Source: Bacillota bacterium
GTDB taxonomy: Bacteria > Bacillota > JAAYKD01
Reading direction: 5' to 3'
NCBI GenBank assembly: GCA_963666425.2
Contig: OY762825.2
Coordinates: 1,696,001-1,760,000, forward strand
DNA: 64,000 nucleotides
Shown here piece after piece: positions 29,560 through 40,298 of the stretch. The notes beneath the pieces were generated by a model, which was not told the DNA's origin, did not search any database, and saw only the letters and a list, made by a program, of their open reading frames with translations. The position numbers were made by a program, and so were the translations under genes. How positions within the stretch are numbered: position 1 is the stretch's first letter; every line of letters starts with the position of its first letter.

Positions 29560-30399
29560 CTAGGTGGATGTATTTTTAATTCCGTTTGGCATTTTAAAAA
29601 TAACGGAGGAAGGCAGCAATTTCTCTGCAAAACCGTATTCCCTTAAGGTTTGATTGATGATCAGAAGAATGCTCTCATCGATGCCTTCCCATCTTAGCAT
29701 TTCCCGTCCGCTGAAGCGATTCAGCCAGGCGAGTGTTGTAATCTGGCGTTCACGAAAAGCCTGGCCTGCTGCAGGGGTCAGCCTGTCCAGCAGCAGCGTG
29801 ATCGGAAGCATCTTGGCAGGTTCTTTGAAAGGGAAATCACGATTGAAGGCTTCGGCTTGCCCGGCGTCCAGCTGAAAAACCGGATCTTCGTAAAATGCGC
29901 CGGTGATCCCGTCCAGGGCACCTTCGTATAACGGCATCGCCATCAGTGCGTCAAAGTTTTTGCCGTTGGGTGTTGTTATTTGAAAGGCTTGCGCCGTCTG
30001 AAAACCAAAGCGCGGGTAATAGTCGGGATGTCCGTAAAAGAGGATGGCGCGGTAAGCCAAGCGCTTTGCTTTTGCTATGGTCTGCCGCATTAAAGCCGAG
30101 CCAATCCCGCAATGCCAATATTCCGGCAAGACGCTTAAGGGGCCAAAGGTCAAGACCTCGTGGTCGACACCCTGCGTATCGATTACTTTGGCTTTGGAAT
30201 ACATGATATTTCCGATTAGTTTACCATCTATTTCTGCAACATAATCCAGTTCTGCAACGAAGGCTGGAATTTTGCGTAAGAGATGGGCCAGATAATGTTC
30301 ATCACAGGTTGGATGTGAAAATCCCCAGAAAGCTTCCCGTGTCAGTTCTTCCACGGCGCGATAATCACCGGGAAATTCCAGCCGTAAGGTAAAATCCAT
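29560..30399 (-). CDS. GNAT acetyltransferase (YhbS-like) with C-terminal HhH/alpha-CTD-like domain
   Basis: GPLSVLP...GIGSALM, GHPDYYPRFGF; extra C-terminal ~80 aa. Confidence 0.8.
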   Translation of the reverse strand: MDFTLRLEFPGDYRAVEELTREAFWGFSHPTCDEHYLAHLLRKIPAFVAELDYVAEIDGKLIGNIMYSKAKVIDTQGVDHEVLTFGPLSVLPEYWHCGIGSALMRQTIAKAKRLAYRAILFYGHPDYYPRFGFQTAQAFQITTPNGKNFDALMAMPLYEGALDGITGAFYEDPVFQLDAGQAEAFNRDFPFKEPAKMLPITLLLDRLTPAAGQAFRERQITTLAWLNRFSGREMLRWEGIDESILLIINQTLREYGFAEKLLPSSVIFKMPNGIKNTST

Positions 30400-30417
30400 G
30401 TTTCATTCTCCGTTCTG

Positions 30418-31695
30418 TCAGCGAGGAGCGTTTTTCACGGCTGCCTCGATCAGTTGTGTTGCCGCATCGCGGTTCAGCGGCGAGACTCGGCCGTGATATT
30501 GATAATAGATCAGCATCGACCAATATACTTCATAACCGCCTTTGTCAAATTCTTCTTCTGTTGGGAAATAGCCTGTGCAGCCGTTGGTATAACCACCCAG
30601 ATAGAACTGCTCATTTTTCAATTGATCTCGCGCACGCAGGGCAAAATCGCACATAATTTCATTGGCTACACCACAGAAACAGCCCTCATTGATGGAAAAA
30701 TACTGCAGTTCCACCTGGTCTGTTTGTTTTTCCACTTTATTTTCAATCAGTTGCTGCACTTCGCTGCGCCAAGCTGTACCGTCAATACCGGCTTCGCTTT
30801 TGGCTTCGGCAGCAATGGCCATGGCCCGCTGCATGGTTGGAACGTCGGCGTGCAGCTGCTGAAAAACCGAATACATCTTCAGCTCTTTGACAGCAGACGG
30901 CAGCAGTCCGGTCAGAACAGGTTCCACTTGCCGGGCAACCTCCCCGGCCATATCCGAGAGTGCCGCAGCGGATTCTATTTTGCCGTAATAAGCGGGGAGC
31001 GGGTTTGCTGCCGTTCCGACGCGGTCAGTCGTATAGTATTTGGGTGCGATGTCACCGGATGCTCCTTGCGTCAGCTGGATCGGGCAGCCGTATTTTTTTG
31101 TCAATAAATCTCTGACTGAGCCAAAATAGTCCGAGGAAATCAGGAAATTATCCGCTTTCAAGACATTGGCATGCGCCGTCAAGCGCAGCAGCAACAGCCG
31201 CAGCGCTCCGCTGACGGCATCGGCAACCTTGAGAATGCCGATCCGTCGATCCAAAACTTCCTGCTCCGGGCGCCGATTGACGCCGATCTCTCCGTAAGCG
31301 GTAGCCCAGGCGATTTTCACCGGTGACATCGCAGCAGCAGCATCCCGAACCGCCGCTTTGACTCGATCGTCAACCATATCGGAATAGGCAAGCTCGATGC
31401 TATCGTTGGGAGCTGAGTGCGTATGGGAAAAGCATAGCATTACTTTCTCTCTGGGGATGGATAATAGCAGACCAATTTCGTCTCTGAGCCGATTTGCATG
31501 CTGCTTGGCAAAACCGATATGATCAATCGTCACAAGACAGCATTTTTCGGCGGATAATTGCCAAACCGCAGCTTGCGCCGACAGGTTATCCAGAACACCG
31601 CGCGAGAATTCATCCACGCGGCCAAAACCAATCGTCTGCATCGGCGAGCTGGGTGTAATATCTACTTGGCAGAAGCCCATATCAGCAGTTTCCAT
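30418..31695 (-). CDS. neutral/alkaline ceramidase N-terminal-domain family protein
   Basis: VDITP, SHTHSAP, AHANV, ISSDY, QGASGD, GYFPT. Confidence 0.75.
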   Translation of the reverse strand: METADMGFCQVDITPSSPMQTIGFGRVDEFSRGVLDNLSAQAAVWQLSAEKCCLVTIDHIGFAKQHANRLRDEIGLLLSIPREKVMLCFSHTHSAPNDSIELAYSDMVDDRVKAAVRDAAAAMSPVKIAWATAYGEIGVNRRPEQEVLDRRIGILKVADAVSGALRLLLLRLTAHANVLKADNFLISSDYFGSVRDLLTKKYGCPIQLTQGASGDIAPKYYTTDRVGTAANPLPAYYGKIESAAALSDMAGEVARQVEPVLTGLLPSAVKELKMYSVFQQLHADVPTMQRAMAIAAEAKSEAGIDGTAWRSEVQQLIENKVEKQTDQVELQYFSINEGCFCGVANEIMCDFALRARDQLKNEQFYLGGYTNGCTGYFPTEEEFDKGGYEVYWSMLIYYQYHGRVSPLNRDAATQLIEAAVKNAPR

Positions 31696-31810
31696 TGTCA
31701 GTACCTCTCTATTCTGATGAAGGGAACCCTATCCCATCACTTGGTTTCTTTTGTTAAAACCATTCCCGACTATGATATCGCGATTTTCGGATTTATGCAA
31801 GACCCTGCTT

Positions 31811-33046
31811 TCAATCATCCTGTGCTTGCTTTGGTTTTGCTGGTTCTCTTGCATAAAAACGCTGATCCAGCCGTAAAATCAAAGCTAAGAGCAGCAGAGC
31901 ACCGCCGGTGACGATCATCAGAAAGCGCAGGGAAATATGATCTGCCAAAGGTCCGAAAAGCAACATGCCGATCGGCAGACAGCCGCTATAAACGGCACTG
32001 AAAAAACCGAAGATGCGTCCCTGCATGTTCGCTTCGGATCTTTCCTGTAAGAGCGTCATCACGGCAGTTTGAACCATGGTCAGCGCAATCCCGTAAATCA
32101 GCATCAGCATAAGATAAACGGTGAAATTGCGGATCGCCCCCATTGCGACGCTCAGTGCACCAAAAGCGGCATAACCCGTCAGCAAGGTTTTCTTCCGGTT
32201 GACGAAACCTCCCCAGCTGCCAATCAAGATGCCACCGGCAGCCATCCCTGCAAACCCAATCAGCTCCACGGCGGTCAGATAGAAGTAGCTGTCGCCATAG
32301 GTCCGGCTGACAAACAGTGCCGCTAGAAATCCAGCCGGCACACTCAAAATGATAAAGATCCCATAAATCAACAACAGTTTGGCGAGGAAACCTTCGGCAA
32401 AGGCATAATTCATTGCCTGTTTCATTTCCGATAAAACAGAAAACGCTGCGCTGTCAGCTTTCTTTTCCGGCTTTGCTATCACAAGACAGGCAAGCAGCGC
32501 AATACCGACAACGGCAGTGGCTACATCAATTAACAGCGTGCTGCGCAGGGTGTTCCAGGTCAAAATAGCACCGGCAGCGGCCGGCGCTGCAAATTGTACG
32601 ACCGACTGCAGTGCGGCATTGACGCCATGAAAGCGCATCAACTGTTCTTCCGGAACCAGTTGCGGAATCATAGCGCCAACCGCCGGTATTTGTACACCTG
32701 CGCCAAGAGAACGGATACAGGAGATGAATAACAACAGCAAAAAAAGTCCGGAACCGTCACCGAGCAACGGCATCAAAAGAGCAAGCAGCAGTGTCGCTGT
32801 GGCAATGACGCTGTCGGATAGGATAATCAGCAGTTTGCGCGGATAACGATCCGCCCAAACACCGGAAAAAAGTGAAATCACAAATTGCGGCAGAAAAGAA
32901 CAAATAGTCAGCGCCGAGACCAGAAATCCGGATGAGGTTTTCAGTGTTACATACCAGACAATCGCAAATTGAACCAAGGAGGAACCGAATAGTGTGATAC
33001 CCTGGCTAATTAAAAAGAGGATCGCTTGCTTTTTCCATCGCTGCAT
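31811..33046 (-). CDS. MFS transporter (MefA/DHA3-like efflux)
   Basis: SQGITLFGSSLVQFAIVWY, GVWADRY; about 12 TM segments. Confidence 0.88.
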   Translation of the reverse strand: MQRWKKQAILFLISQGITLFGSSLVQFAIVWYVTLKTSSGFLVSALTICSFLPQFVISLFSGVWADRYPRKLLIILSDSVIATATLLLALLMPLLGDGSGLFLLLLFISCIRSLGAGVQIPAVGAMIPQLVPEEQLMRFHGVNAALQSVVQFAAPAAAGAILTWNTLRSTLLIDVATAVVGIALLACLVIAKPEKKADSAAFSVLSEMKQAMNYAFAEGFLAKLLLIYGIFIILSVPAGFLAALFVSRTYGDSYFYLTAVELIGFAGMAAGGILIGSWGGFVNRKKTLLTGYAAFGALSVAMGAIRNFTVYLMLMLIYGIALTMVQTAVMTLLQERSEANMQGRIFGFFSAVYSGCLPIGMLLFGPLADHISLRFLMIVTGGALLLLALILRLDQRFYAREPAKPKQAQDD

Positions 33047-33105
33047 AAAAAAACCTCCGTTTCTTTGTTAACGGAGATCATAGCATAGAAAGGAAGCTTG
33101 GTGTT

Positions 33106-33858
33106 TTACTGGAGGGTTGGCAATTTCAACTGCAGCGCAAGCAGTAAGCTTTGCATTTTCCTCGCGTCATGGCGTGTGTTTTGCAGAGATACGATCAGTT
33201 GGTCGCAAGCGGACACGATATCTTCACCGGCTGTAGGTGTATTCAATATTTGCTCTACCAAAGGGTGCTGCTCCCGGTTCAGCTGAAGCATCAGACGCAA
33301 GATTGACGCCAGGGAGTAGTTGGCACAGCGGAGGGTGCGGATGATATTCAGGCGTGCAAGATCCGCCGCACTGTAAACCCGATCACCATTTTGCTGCCGT
33401 TTTATCGTGATCAAGCCGTTCAGCTCCCAGTTGCGCAGTGTATCAACGCTCACATCCAACTTGGCTGCAGCCTCGCGCCGCCGGAGCGGCTTACCTTGGG
33501 CTGCTTCTTTGCTGCCGAGTTGGGTCTCGACAGCGACAACGGCAGCTTTGGCATTTTGTATCTCGCGGCTGAGCATGTCTTCATACACCTGCGCCGCTTG
33601 GATCGCGGCCGGCAAATCCAGCCAGGCACAGAGCCGGATGACTTCGATGGCTTTTTTGCGCAAGCCGTTTTGCAAGACCTCAGCCTGTAAAGCGAGCCGT
33701 ACCAGCTCCATTTGGCGCAGGTGCAGTTCCGTATACACCCGATAATGGTTAGCCAGACGCTGCGGGGCCGTGATCAAACCCAGCTCCTCATAGAAACGTA
33801 CGGTATTGGGATGAACGCCAATCAGTTTTGCTATTTCGCTTGTTTTGTATGTCTGCAT
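33106..33858 (-). CDS. MerR family regulator with two HTH domains
   Basis: GVHPNTVRFYEE and DVSVDTLRNWE. Confidence 0.88.
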   Translation of the reverse strand: MQTYKTSEIAKLIGVHPNTVRFYEELGLITAPQRLANHYRVYTELHLRQMELVRLALQAEVLQNGLRKKAIEVIRLCAWLDLPAAIQAAQVYEDMLSREIQNAKAAVVAVETQLGSKEAAQGKPLRRREAAAKLDVSVDTLRNWELNGLITIKRQQNGDRVYSAADLARLNIIRTLRCANYSLASILRLMLQLNREQHPLVEQILNTPTAGEDIVSACDQLIVSLQNTRHDARKMQSLLLALQLKLPTLQ

Positions 33859-33922
33859 CGTTCACCATCATTTCTCCTAAATTTTGCGTGATTGTGCTTG
33901 CCGGAGCGATTTGATACGCTAT

Positions 33923-34501
33923 TCAGCGTGTGATCAGAGCGGTGGATAATTCTTTGGAAATTTTGACCAGCATTTCCGCCATAAAACGGGCGGATTTTTT
34001 CATATCTTCATCCAGCCATTTTTGGATGACACCGACGCAGCCGGTGATCGTAAAAGAATAGATATAATCGGCGTCTTCTTTACTGGTCGCACCATCTCGG
34101 GTCAATTCGCTGATGTTTTTTTCATAGACAAGCATCATAATTCGTTTTTGTATGTCCAAATCGCCGCGTTCGCTGAGCAATAATTTGCACAGCGGCGCAT
34201 TTTCTTTGATATAGTCAAAGATTTTCTCGATCATTCCCACCAGGTTACTGTCGGCTTTGCTTTGCGTGTACTCCGCCAGATAAGAGTCCACATTTTCAAG
34301 CAATTCATTTTCAATTGACCGCATCAGGTCGTACTGATCACTATAGTGCGCATAGAAAGTGGCTCGATTGATATCGGCATCTTCGCAGATTTCTTTAATG
34401 GAAATCTTGGCAATTTCTTTTTCTCCAAGCAATTTGATGAAGCTTTCTTTTAATACCATCTTGGTGTATTTTACCCTGCGGTCGTCTTTTGCTTTTTCCA
34501 T
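33923..34501 (-). CDS. TetR/AcrR family regulator
   Basis: DRRVKYTK, CEDADINRATFYAHY. Confidence 0.9.
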   Translation of the reverse strand: MEKAKDDRRVKYTKMVLKESFIKLLGEKEIAKISIKEICEDADINRATFYAHYSDQYDLMRSIENELLENVDSYLAEYTQSKADSNLVGMIEKIFDYIKENAPLCKLLLSERGDLDIQKRIMMLVYEKNISELTRDGATSKEDADYIYSFTITGCVGVIQKWLDEDMKKSARFMAEMLVKISKELSTALITR

Positions 34502-34677
34502 CTGCTTTTTTCTCCCGTTTCCATAAAAATTGTTAGTTACCAAACACTTTTAAGGTTTTTATCGGACAACAGACAAGTTTAAAAGATCTGTTTGTTGACT
34601 TATTATCATAGTGTTATTATATTATTCACATAGTTGTTTGTCAACAAGATGTTCAATATAATGAGGGGAGAGCAATA

Positions 34678-36747
34678 ATGAACCAATGGTCTCAATTTGT
34701 AATCCGGCATAAAAAAAGCGTACTTATCACTTTTTTAGCGCTGGCTGTTTTCAGTGGTGTATTTTCTGCAATGGTAACGGTGAATTATAATATGGTGGAT
34801 TATCTGCCGCAGGACGCGCAGTCCACCACGGCAATTCGTGTCATGACAGCAGAGTTTGGCGGTGAAATGCCCAATGCCAGGATTTTGATCAACAAGATCA
34901 GCATACAGGAAGCCCTGGAGTATAAAGCAAGAATTGCGGCTATCGAGGGGATCGATTCGGTCAGTTGGCTGGATGATGCCGTGGGTTTGGACCAATTGAC
35001 TACCACACCGATTGAGTTTCTGGATGCTGCGATTCTACAAAATTATTACCAAGATCAAAACGCTCTTCTGTCTGTATCCATCGCAAGCGGCAGGGAAAAA
35101 GAGACAGTAGCGGCGATTCGCACTCTGATTGGTCCGCAAAATGCAGTGGCAGGTGATGCGGTCAATACAGCAGCATCCCAGGAGATGTCTTTTTCGGAAG
35201 TGCTGAAAGCTCTGGCGATTTTGCTGCCGATTATTGTGATCATCCTGATCGTCTCGACCAGCTCTTGGATTGAGCCACTGCTGTTCCTTCTTTCGATCGG
35301 GATTGCTGTCATGATCAATATGGGCACGAATATTTTCTTTGGGGAAATCTCTTTTATTACATATGCGATCAGTCCCATCCTGCAGCTGGCGGTTTCCCTG
35401 GATTATGCCATCTTCCTGCTGCACAGTTTCAATGAGTATCGCTTGCAGTATGAACCGAAGGAAGCAATGAAGCTGGCCATGAAAAAATCCGTAGCCGCTG
35501 TTGCCGCCAGTGCGGCTACCACGGTGATCGGTTTCTTAGCCTTAATTTTCATGCGATTCGGCATTGGTGTTGATTTAGGACTCAATTTAGTCAAAGGCGT
35601 TTTACTGAGTTTTCTTTCTGTGATGACCTTTCTGCCTGCCTTGACGCTGCTGGTTTACCCTTGGATCGATCGGACCAGACATCGCAAACTCGTTGCCGGC
35701 TCACAGAACGTGCAGAAATGGCTGATGAAAATCTGCATCCCGTTTTTAATTCTGGCGGTGCTGGTGGTTGTACCTTGTTTTCTGGCTCAGTCCAATACGG
35801 AATTTACCTACGGCATGGGCGGTGTCTCAAAAGCAACGCGCGCCGGCCAGGACGCAGCCATGATTGAGGCGAGCTTTGGTCAAGAAAATCTGCTTGTCCT
35901 CTTGGTTCCGAACGGAACGGCCGGCAAAGAAGCGGAGCTCTGCACCGACTTAGCTGTCCTTCCCCATATTACCGCTGTCGTTTCTTATGTCACGGCGGTT
36001 GGGGCTGAAATTCCCAGTGAATATTTGGCGAAAGAAGTAACCGCGCAATTCTATTCCAAGAATTTCGCCCGGATTATTCTCTATACCGATATGGCCGAAG
36101 AAGGCAGGGAAACTTTTCAGACGGTAAAGTCTGTTTTGGCTGCGGCGGCGCAGCATTACGATGTCTATTACTTGGCAGGTCAGGCTGCTACTTTGTCTGA
36201 TATGAAAGATATCATTTCAGTCGATACCAAACTGGTCAATTTGGTTGCTATTATCGGGATTTTTATCGTGCTGCTGATCACTTTCAAATCGATCAGTCTA
36301 CCCTTCTTTTTATTGTTTACCATTGAAACGGCAATTTGGATCAATCTTTCTTTTGCTTATTTTACGGGACAGTCTTTTAATTTTATCGGTTATTTGGTGA
36401 TCAGCACGGTGCAGCTTGGCGCCACCGTTGATTACGCGATCCTCTTGACTGACCGTTATCTGGGCAATCGCCAAGAGCTTGCCAAAAAAGCAGCGATGGA
36501 GAAAACAATTGGGGATAACCTGGCTGCCGTGCTGATTTCAGCAACCGTACTGTCCACCACGGGCTTTACCTTGGCACTGACTTCGTCCAATCCAATTGTT
36601 GCCGAACTGGGCACGCTGCTCGGCAGAGGCACGCTGCTTTCCTTCCTGATGGTGGTCTGTGTGCTGCCGGCTTTGCTGGTGTTGTTTGATCGATTGATTG
36701 AGAAAACCACTTGGCGCAGCGGATTTCATCCCAACCAGCGCGAGTAA
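34678..36747 (+). CDS. MMPL/RND family transporter
   Basis: Two repeats with LAVSLDYAIF and LGATVDYAIL. Confidence 0.88.
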   Translation: MNQWSQFVIRHKKSVLITFLALAVFSGVFSAMVTVNYNMVDYLPQDAQSTTAIRVMTAEFGGEMPNARILINKISIQEALEYKARIAAIEGIDSVSWLDDAVGLDQLTTTPIEFLDAAILQNYYQDQNALLSVSIASGREKETVAAIRTLIGPQNAVAGDAVNTAASQEMSFSEVLKALAILLPIIVIILIVSTSSWIEPLLFLLSIGIAVMINMGTNIFFGEISFITYAISPILQLAVSLDYAIFLLHSFNEYRLQYEPKEAMKLAMKKSVAAVAASAATTVIGFLALIFMRFGIGVDLGLNLVKGVLLSFLSVMTFLPALTLLVYPWIDRTRHRKLVAGSQNVQKWLMKICIPFLILAVLVVVPCFLAQSNTEFTYGMGGVSKATRAGQDAAMIEASFGQENLLVLLVPNGTAGKEAELCTDLAVLPHITAVVSYVTAVGAEIPSEYLAKEVTAQFYSKNFARIILYTDMAEEGRETFQTVKSVLAAAAQHYDVYYLAGQAATLSDMKDIISVDTKLVNLVAIIGIFIVLLITFKSISLPFFLLFTIETAIWINLSFAYFTGQSFNFIGYLVISTVQLGATVDYAILLTDRYLGNRQELAKKAAMEKTIGDNLAAVLISATVLSTTGFTLALTSSNPIVAELGTLLGRGTLLSFLMVVCVLPALLVLFDRLIEKTTWRSGFHPNQRE

Positions 36748-36809
36748 TGGGCGATAGCTGCCCGGTTAAAAAGCCAAACGAAACGATGATAGAACAAGGA
36801 GAAGATAAG

Positions 36810-38348
36810 ATGAGAAAAATAATCGCAGCGATGATAACCATTGCGGTCCTGTTTACCTTCATGCTGCCAACCTACGCCGCAGCGACTCCTTCACCCAAAG
36901 AAGAGGTTGTTTACGGTATCCTTGCTTTGGATGGGAGCGTTACTTCTGTCTACGTCGTCAATATCTTTGATGGCGGAGAAATTGTCGACTATGGAGATTA
37001 TCGTGAAATCCGTAATTTAACCACTTCCGAAAAATTAAGCAATCAAAACGGGCAAATCACGGCTACGACGACAGCGGAAAAATTGTATTATAAGGGAACA
37101 CTGAAATCGCAGGAATTACCATGGAAGATTGTTGTCAAATATTTCTTGAATGGCATAGAGCTTGCGGGATCCGAACTGGCCGGACAGGATGGAGCTCTGC
37201 AAATCGTCGTGGCAGTCAGCCGCAATCCCCTGGTGAACAGTACTTTTTTTGAGCATTATGCCTTGCAGATCACACTCGCGTTGGATACGAAACGCTGCAG
37301 TAATATTCAGGCAGAGCAGGCTACCATTGCCGAAGCAGGCAGTAAAAAGCAATTGAATTATACACTGCTGCCAGGTAAAGAGGCAGAGATTCGGGTATCG
37401 GCGGATGTGCACGATTTTGTTATGGATGCGATTACGATCAACGGCATCAAATTGTCTCTCAACATTGCCTTCGACCAAACGGAATTGACCGGTCAGTTCA
37501 GCCAGCTCAGCGAGGCAATCAAAGGCTTGGATGACGGCTCGCTGCAGCTGTTAGCCGGCGTAAATCAATTATCGCTTGGTTTGGAACAGTATTTTACCGG
37601 TATGAAAAGCTACAAGGACGGCTTAGCGGAACTTGATAACGGGATGGCTGGTCTGAATGCCGGAGCCGGCGCTCTGCAAAAGGGTCTATCCGAATTGTCA
37701 ATGCAAAACGATAGCCTGGTGCAGGGGGCACTTGCCATCCAACAAGCGGCTTTTGATACGGTCAATCAGCAACTTGCCGGCATGGGATTGGCGCTTCCGC
37801 TGTTGACAGCGCAGAATTACAAGGCAGTCCTCGCTAATTTACCGGATCTTGCCCTGATTCAGGCTCAACTGGATGCTGCGGTGCAGTTTGCGGCGGGTTT
37901 GAAGAACTACACGGATGGAGTCGCCCAATTGGCGGTTGGCGCGGGGAATTTAGCAAGCGGCACGTCCCAATTGAAAACCGCTGCGGCAAAAGCTGCTTCC
38001 GGAGCCGATCAGCTTTATCAGGCAGGTGTTCAGCTGAATGCGGCAGTTAAACAGCTGCAGGAGGGTCTGGCTGCCTATCAGAACGGCACCAGTCAGTTAA
38101 AGAACCAAACCTCCAATATGGCGGCTGAGACAAGCAGCCGGATCAATGCCATGATTGCAGCGCTGACCGGCAGCGGAGGAGAAACCGTCTCTTTTGTCTC
38201 GGAGCAGAATACCAATATCTCTGCGGTTCAGTTTGTCTTAAAAACAGAAGCGATCAAATTGAAGGATACCGCTCCGGCCGTGATCCAGCAGCCTGCCGTA
38301 TTGACGTTTTGGCAGAAGCTATTGAAATTATTCGGTCTGTATCCATAA
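36810..38348 (+). CDS. secreted YhgE/Pip-like protein with heptad repeats
   Basis: Signal peptide, KEEVVYG, L-x2-G-x3-L repeats, SFVS...VQFVLKT, FWQKL C-terminus. Confidence 0.7.
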   Translation: MRKIIAAMITIAVLFTFMLPTYAAATPSPKEEVVYGILALDGSVTSVYVVNIFDGGEIVDYGDYREIRNLTTSEKLSNQNGQITATTTAEKLYYKGTLKSQELPWKIVVKYFLNGIELAGSELAGQDGALQIVVAVSRNPLVNSTFFEHYALQITLALDTKRCSNIQAEQATIAEAGSKKQLNYTLLPGKEAEIRVSADVHDFVMDAITINGIKLSLNIAFDQTELTGQFSQLSEAIKGLDDGSLQLLAGVNQLSLGLEQYFTGMKSYKDGLAELDNGMAGLNAGAGALQKGLSELSMQNDSLVQGALAIQQAAFDTVNQQLAGMGLALPLLTAQNYKAVLANLPDLALIQAQLDAAVQFAAGLKNYTDGVAQLAVGAGNLASGTSQLKTAAAKAASGADQLYQAGVQLNAAVKQLQEGLAAYQNGTSQLKNQTSNMAAETSSRINAMIAALTGSGGETVSFVSEQNTNISAVQFVLKTEAIKLKDTAPAVIQQPAVLTFWQKLLKLFGLYP

Positions 38349-38381
38349 AAAGCTGAACAAAGCCTGAACTCCTGCAAAATG

Positions 38382-38430
38382 AATACGCCTGTCACCACCG
38401 ATCAACAACCGGCAGTGACAGGCGTATTTT
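38382..38430. terminator. bidirectional terminator
   Basis: aatacgcctgtcac...gtgacaggcgtatt. Confidence 0.75.
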
Positions 38431-38459
38431 ACGAAGAATCCAAAATTCAGTGGCTTTAC

Positions 38460-39512
38460 TTACTTTGCAAACTGAGTCAGCGCAGCAAATTGGCTTTGGG
38501 TTAAATCGCATCCATAGAAGAGTTGATAATATTCGGCTGTTTTTGCATAGAGATCATAATTCGTGGTTTCGGGATAAAGTAAGTCGGTCAGCCAGAGCAT
38601 TCCCATGAAAATATTGACAGACGGAGGATCGCCCAACCAATTATAAGGACCGCTGGGTACCTGATAAATATGACCGGCCGCAACGGCTTGCAGCTGCTGC
38701 CAGGCGGCATCCTGACCGACGGATGGATAGATACTGCCCGGTGCAAAGAGTATGACCTCTGGATCCCATAACAGCAGTTGTTCCAGATCCACTTCGTTGC
38801 CGCTGCCTTTGAAGGAAGGGGAAGCAACCACTGCCAGGTTATTGCCTACCAGATCGATGACTTCGGCATGAAAAGAAGTCTTTGCAATCACATTGAGTCC
38901 GGTATCACCCAAACAATAGAGCAGGGAGGCTTTTTGTTGCTTGGCCAAAATCCCATTGACGGTGGACAGCGTTTCTTCACAGAAAGCCGCCAGTTTTTCC
39001 GCTTGTTCTTCCCGACCAAGCAGTTTTCCTAAGCTGCGGTACGCTGCAGCCATGGTTTCTGTGGTGGCTTCAATATGGATGGTCGGGATGCCAATCTGCT
39101 GTTGGATGCCATCCATGTCTTCCACGATCGTTTTTTTGGATTCGCCAATATCAATGATCACCTGAGGATCCGCAGCGGCAACTGCTTCCGGATCTAAGGT
39201 GTTCACACCATAGAACTGGCCGAGCACCGGCAGTTGATCGTATTTTATGTCGATGAATTGCTTGGCTTCGGGTGCCCATTCATCGGCTAAACCAACCAAC
39301 AGATCGGGGCAAATGGCAAAGAGGACAATTTGAGCCATCAGACCGGAAGCGGCGACACGGGTGATATTAGCAGGCAGTTCTACAGACCGTTTGCTGGAAT
39401 CGATGAAATTGACGAGTTTCTCAGGGCTTTTTGCAGCCGGCGCAAAAGGATTACAGCCGGTCAGCAACAAGCAAATCACTAAGAGCAGAACGAACAATTT
39501 TTTTCTGTGCAA
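38460..39512 (-). CDS. ABC substrate-binding lipoprotein (Peripla_BP_2; Fe-siderophore/B12/MolA type)
   Basis: Lipobox LTGC; EAVAAADPQVII and EQLLLWDPEVI repeats. Confidence 0.85.
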   Translation of the reverse strand: MHRKKLFVLLLVICLLLTGCNPFAPAAKSPEKLVNFIDSSKRSVELPANITRVAASGLMAQIVLFAICPDLLVGLADEWAPEAKQFIDIKYDQLPVLGQFYGVNTLDPEAVAAADPQVIIDIGESKKTIVEDMDGIQQQIGIPTIHIEATTETMAAAYRSLGKLLGREEQAEKLAAFCEETLSTVNGILAKQQKASLLYCLGDTGLNVIAKTSFHAEVIDLVGNNLAVVASPSFKGSGNEVDLEQLLLWDPEVILFAPGSIYPSVGQDAAWQQLQAVAAGHIYQVPSGPYNWLGDPPSVNIFMGMLWLTDLLYPETTNYDLYAKTAEYYQLFYGCDLTQSQFAALTQFAK

Positions 39513-39527
39513 GATGGATCTTCTCCT

Positions 39528-40298
39528 TTAATTGAATTTTGGGATGCAAACACGGACCTTATCATTTTGAAAACTTTCCACGGAAGCTTGGACGCCGTAG
39601 AGTTGCTCCAGCAAGTCTGCCGTGATCACTGCTCGGGCAGCTCCCTGTGCAACAATTTTGCCATTCTGCAGCGCCAGTACCTGGTTGGCATAACAAAGAG
39701 CGTGATCGGGATTGTGTGTTGAAAACAGAACGGTATAACCATCCTGTGTTAAGCTTTGGATTTGACGCAGGACGTGCAGCGCATTGCCGTAATCCAGGCT
39801 GGCAGTGGGTTCATCCATGATCAGTATTTTCGCCCCCTGCGCCAGCGCACGGGCGATCAAGACCAGTTGAGCTTCGCCGCCGCTGATCTGTTCAAAGCCG
39901 CGTTCTGCCAAAGGTAGGATATTCAGTTTTTGTAAAGCGGCTTCCGCCTGATGATACTGTTTGCTCCCCGGCGCCTGCAGCATGCCAACCTGTGCCGTCG
40001 TACCCATCAAGACCATATCAAAGACACTGAAATTGAACGTCTGGCTGTGCGATTGTGGGATATAAGCAATTTCCGCAGCCAGTTCCCGGGCGGTCAAAGC
40101 AGATGCCTCCCTCCCGTTGATCTGAATGGAGCCATGATAGCGGAGCAGCCCCAGCATGCAGCGGAATAAGGTGCTCTTGCCGGCGCCATTGGGGCCCAAC
40201 ACCGCCAGTAATTCACCTGCCGCTGCGGTGAAACCAATTTGCTGCAGCACCGGTGTTTGGCCGTAATGGCAGTTTAAATCCCGGACGAGAATACTCAT
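39528..40298 (-). CDS. ABC transporter ATP-binding protein (FecE/BtuD/MolC type)
   Basis: GPNGAGKST, ISGGE, MDEPT. Confidence 0.92.
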   Translation of the reverse strand: MSILVRDLNCHYGQTPVLQQIGFTAAAGELLAVLGPNGAGKSTLFRCMLGLLRYHGSIQINGREASALTARELAAEIAYIPQSHSQTFNFSVFDMVLMGTTAQVGMLQAPGSKQYHQAEAALQKLNILPLAERGFEQISGGEAQLVLIARALAQGAKILIMDEPTASLDYGNALHVLRQIQSLTQDGYTVLFSTHNPDHALCYANQVLALQNGKIVAQGAARAVITADLLEQLYGVQASVESFQNDKVRVCIPKFN

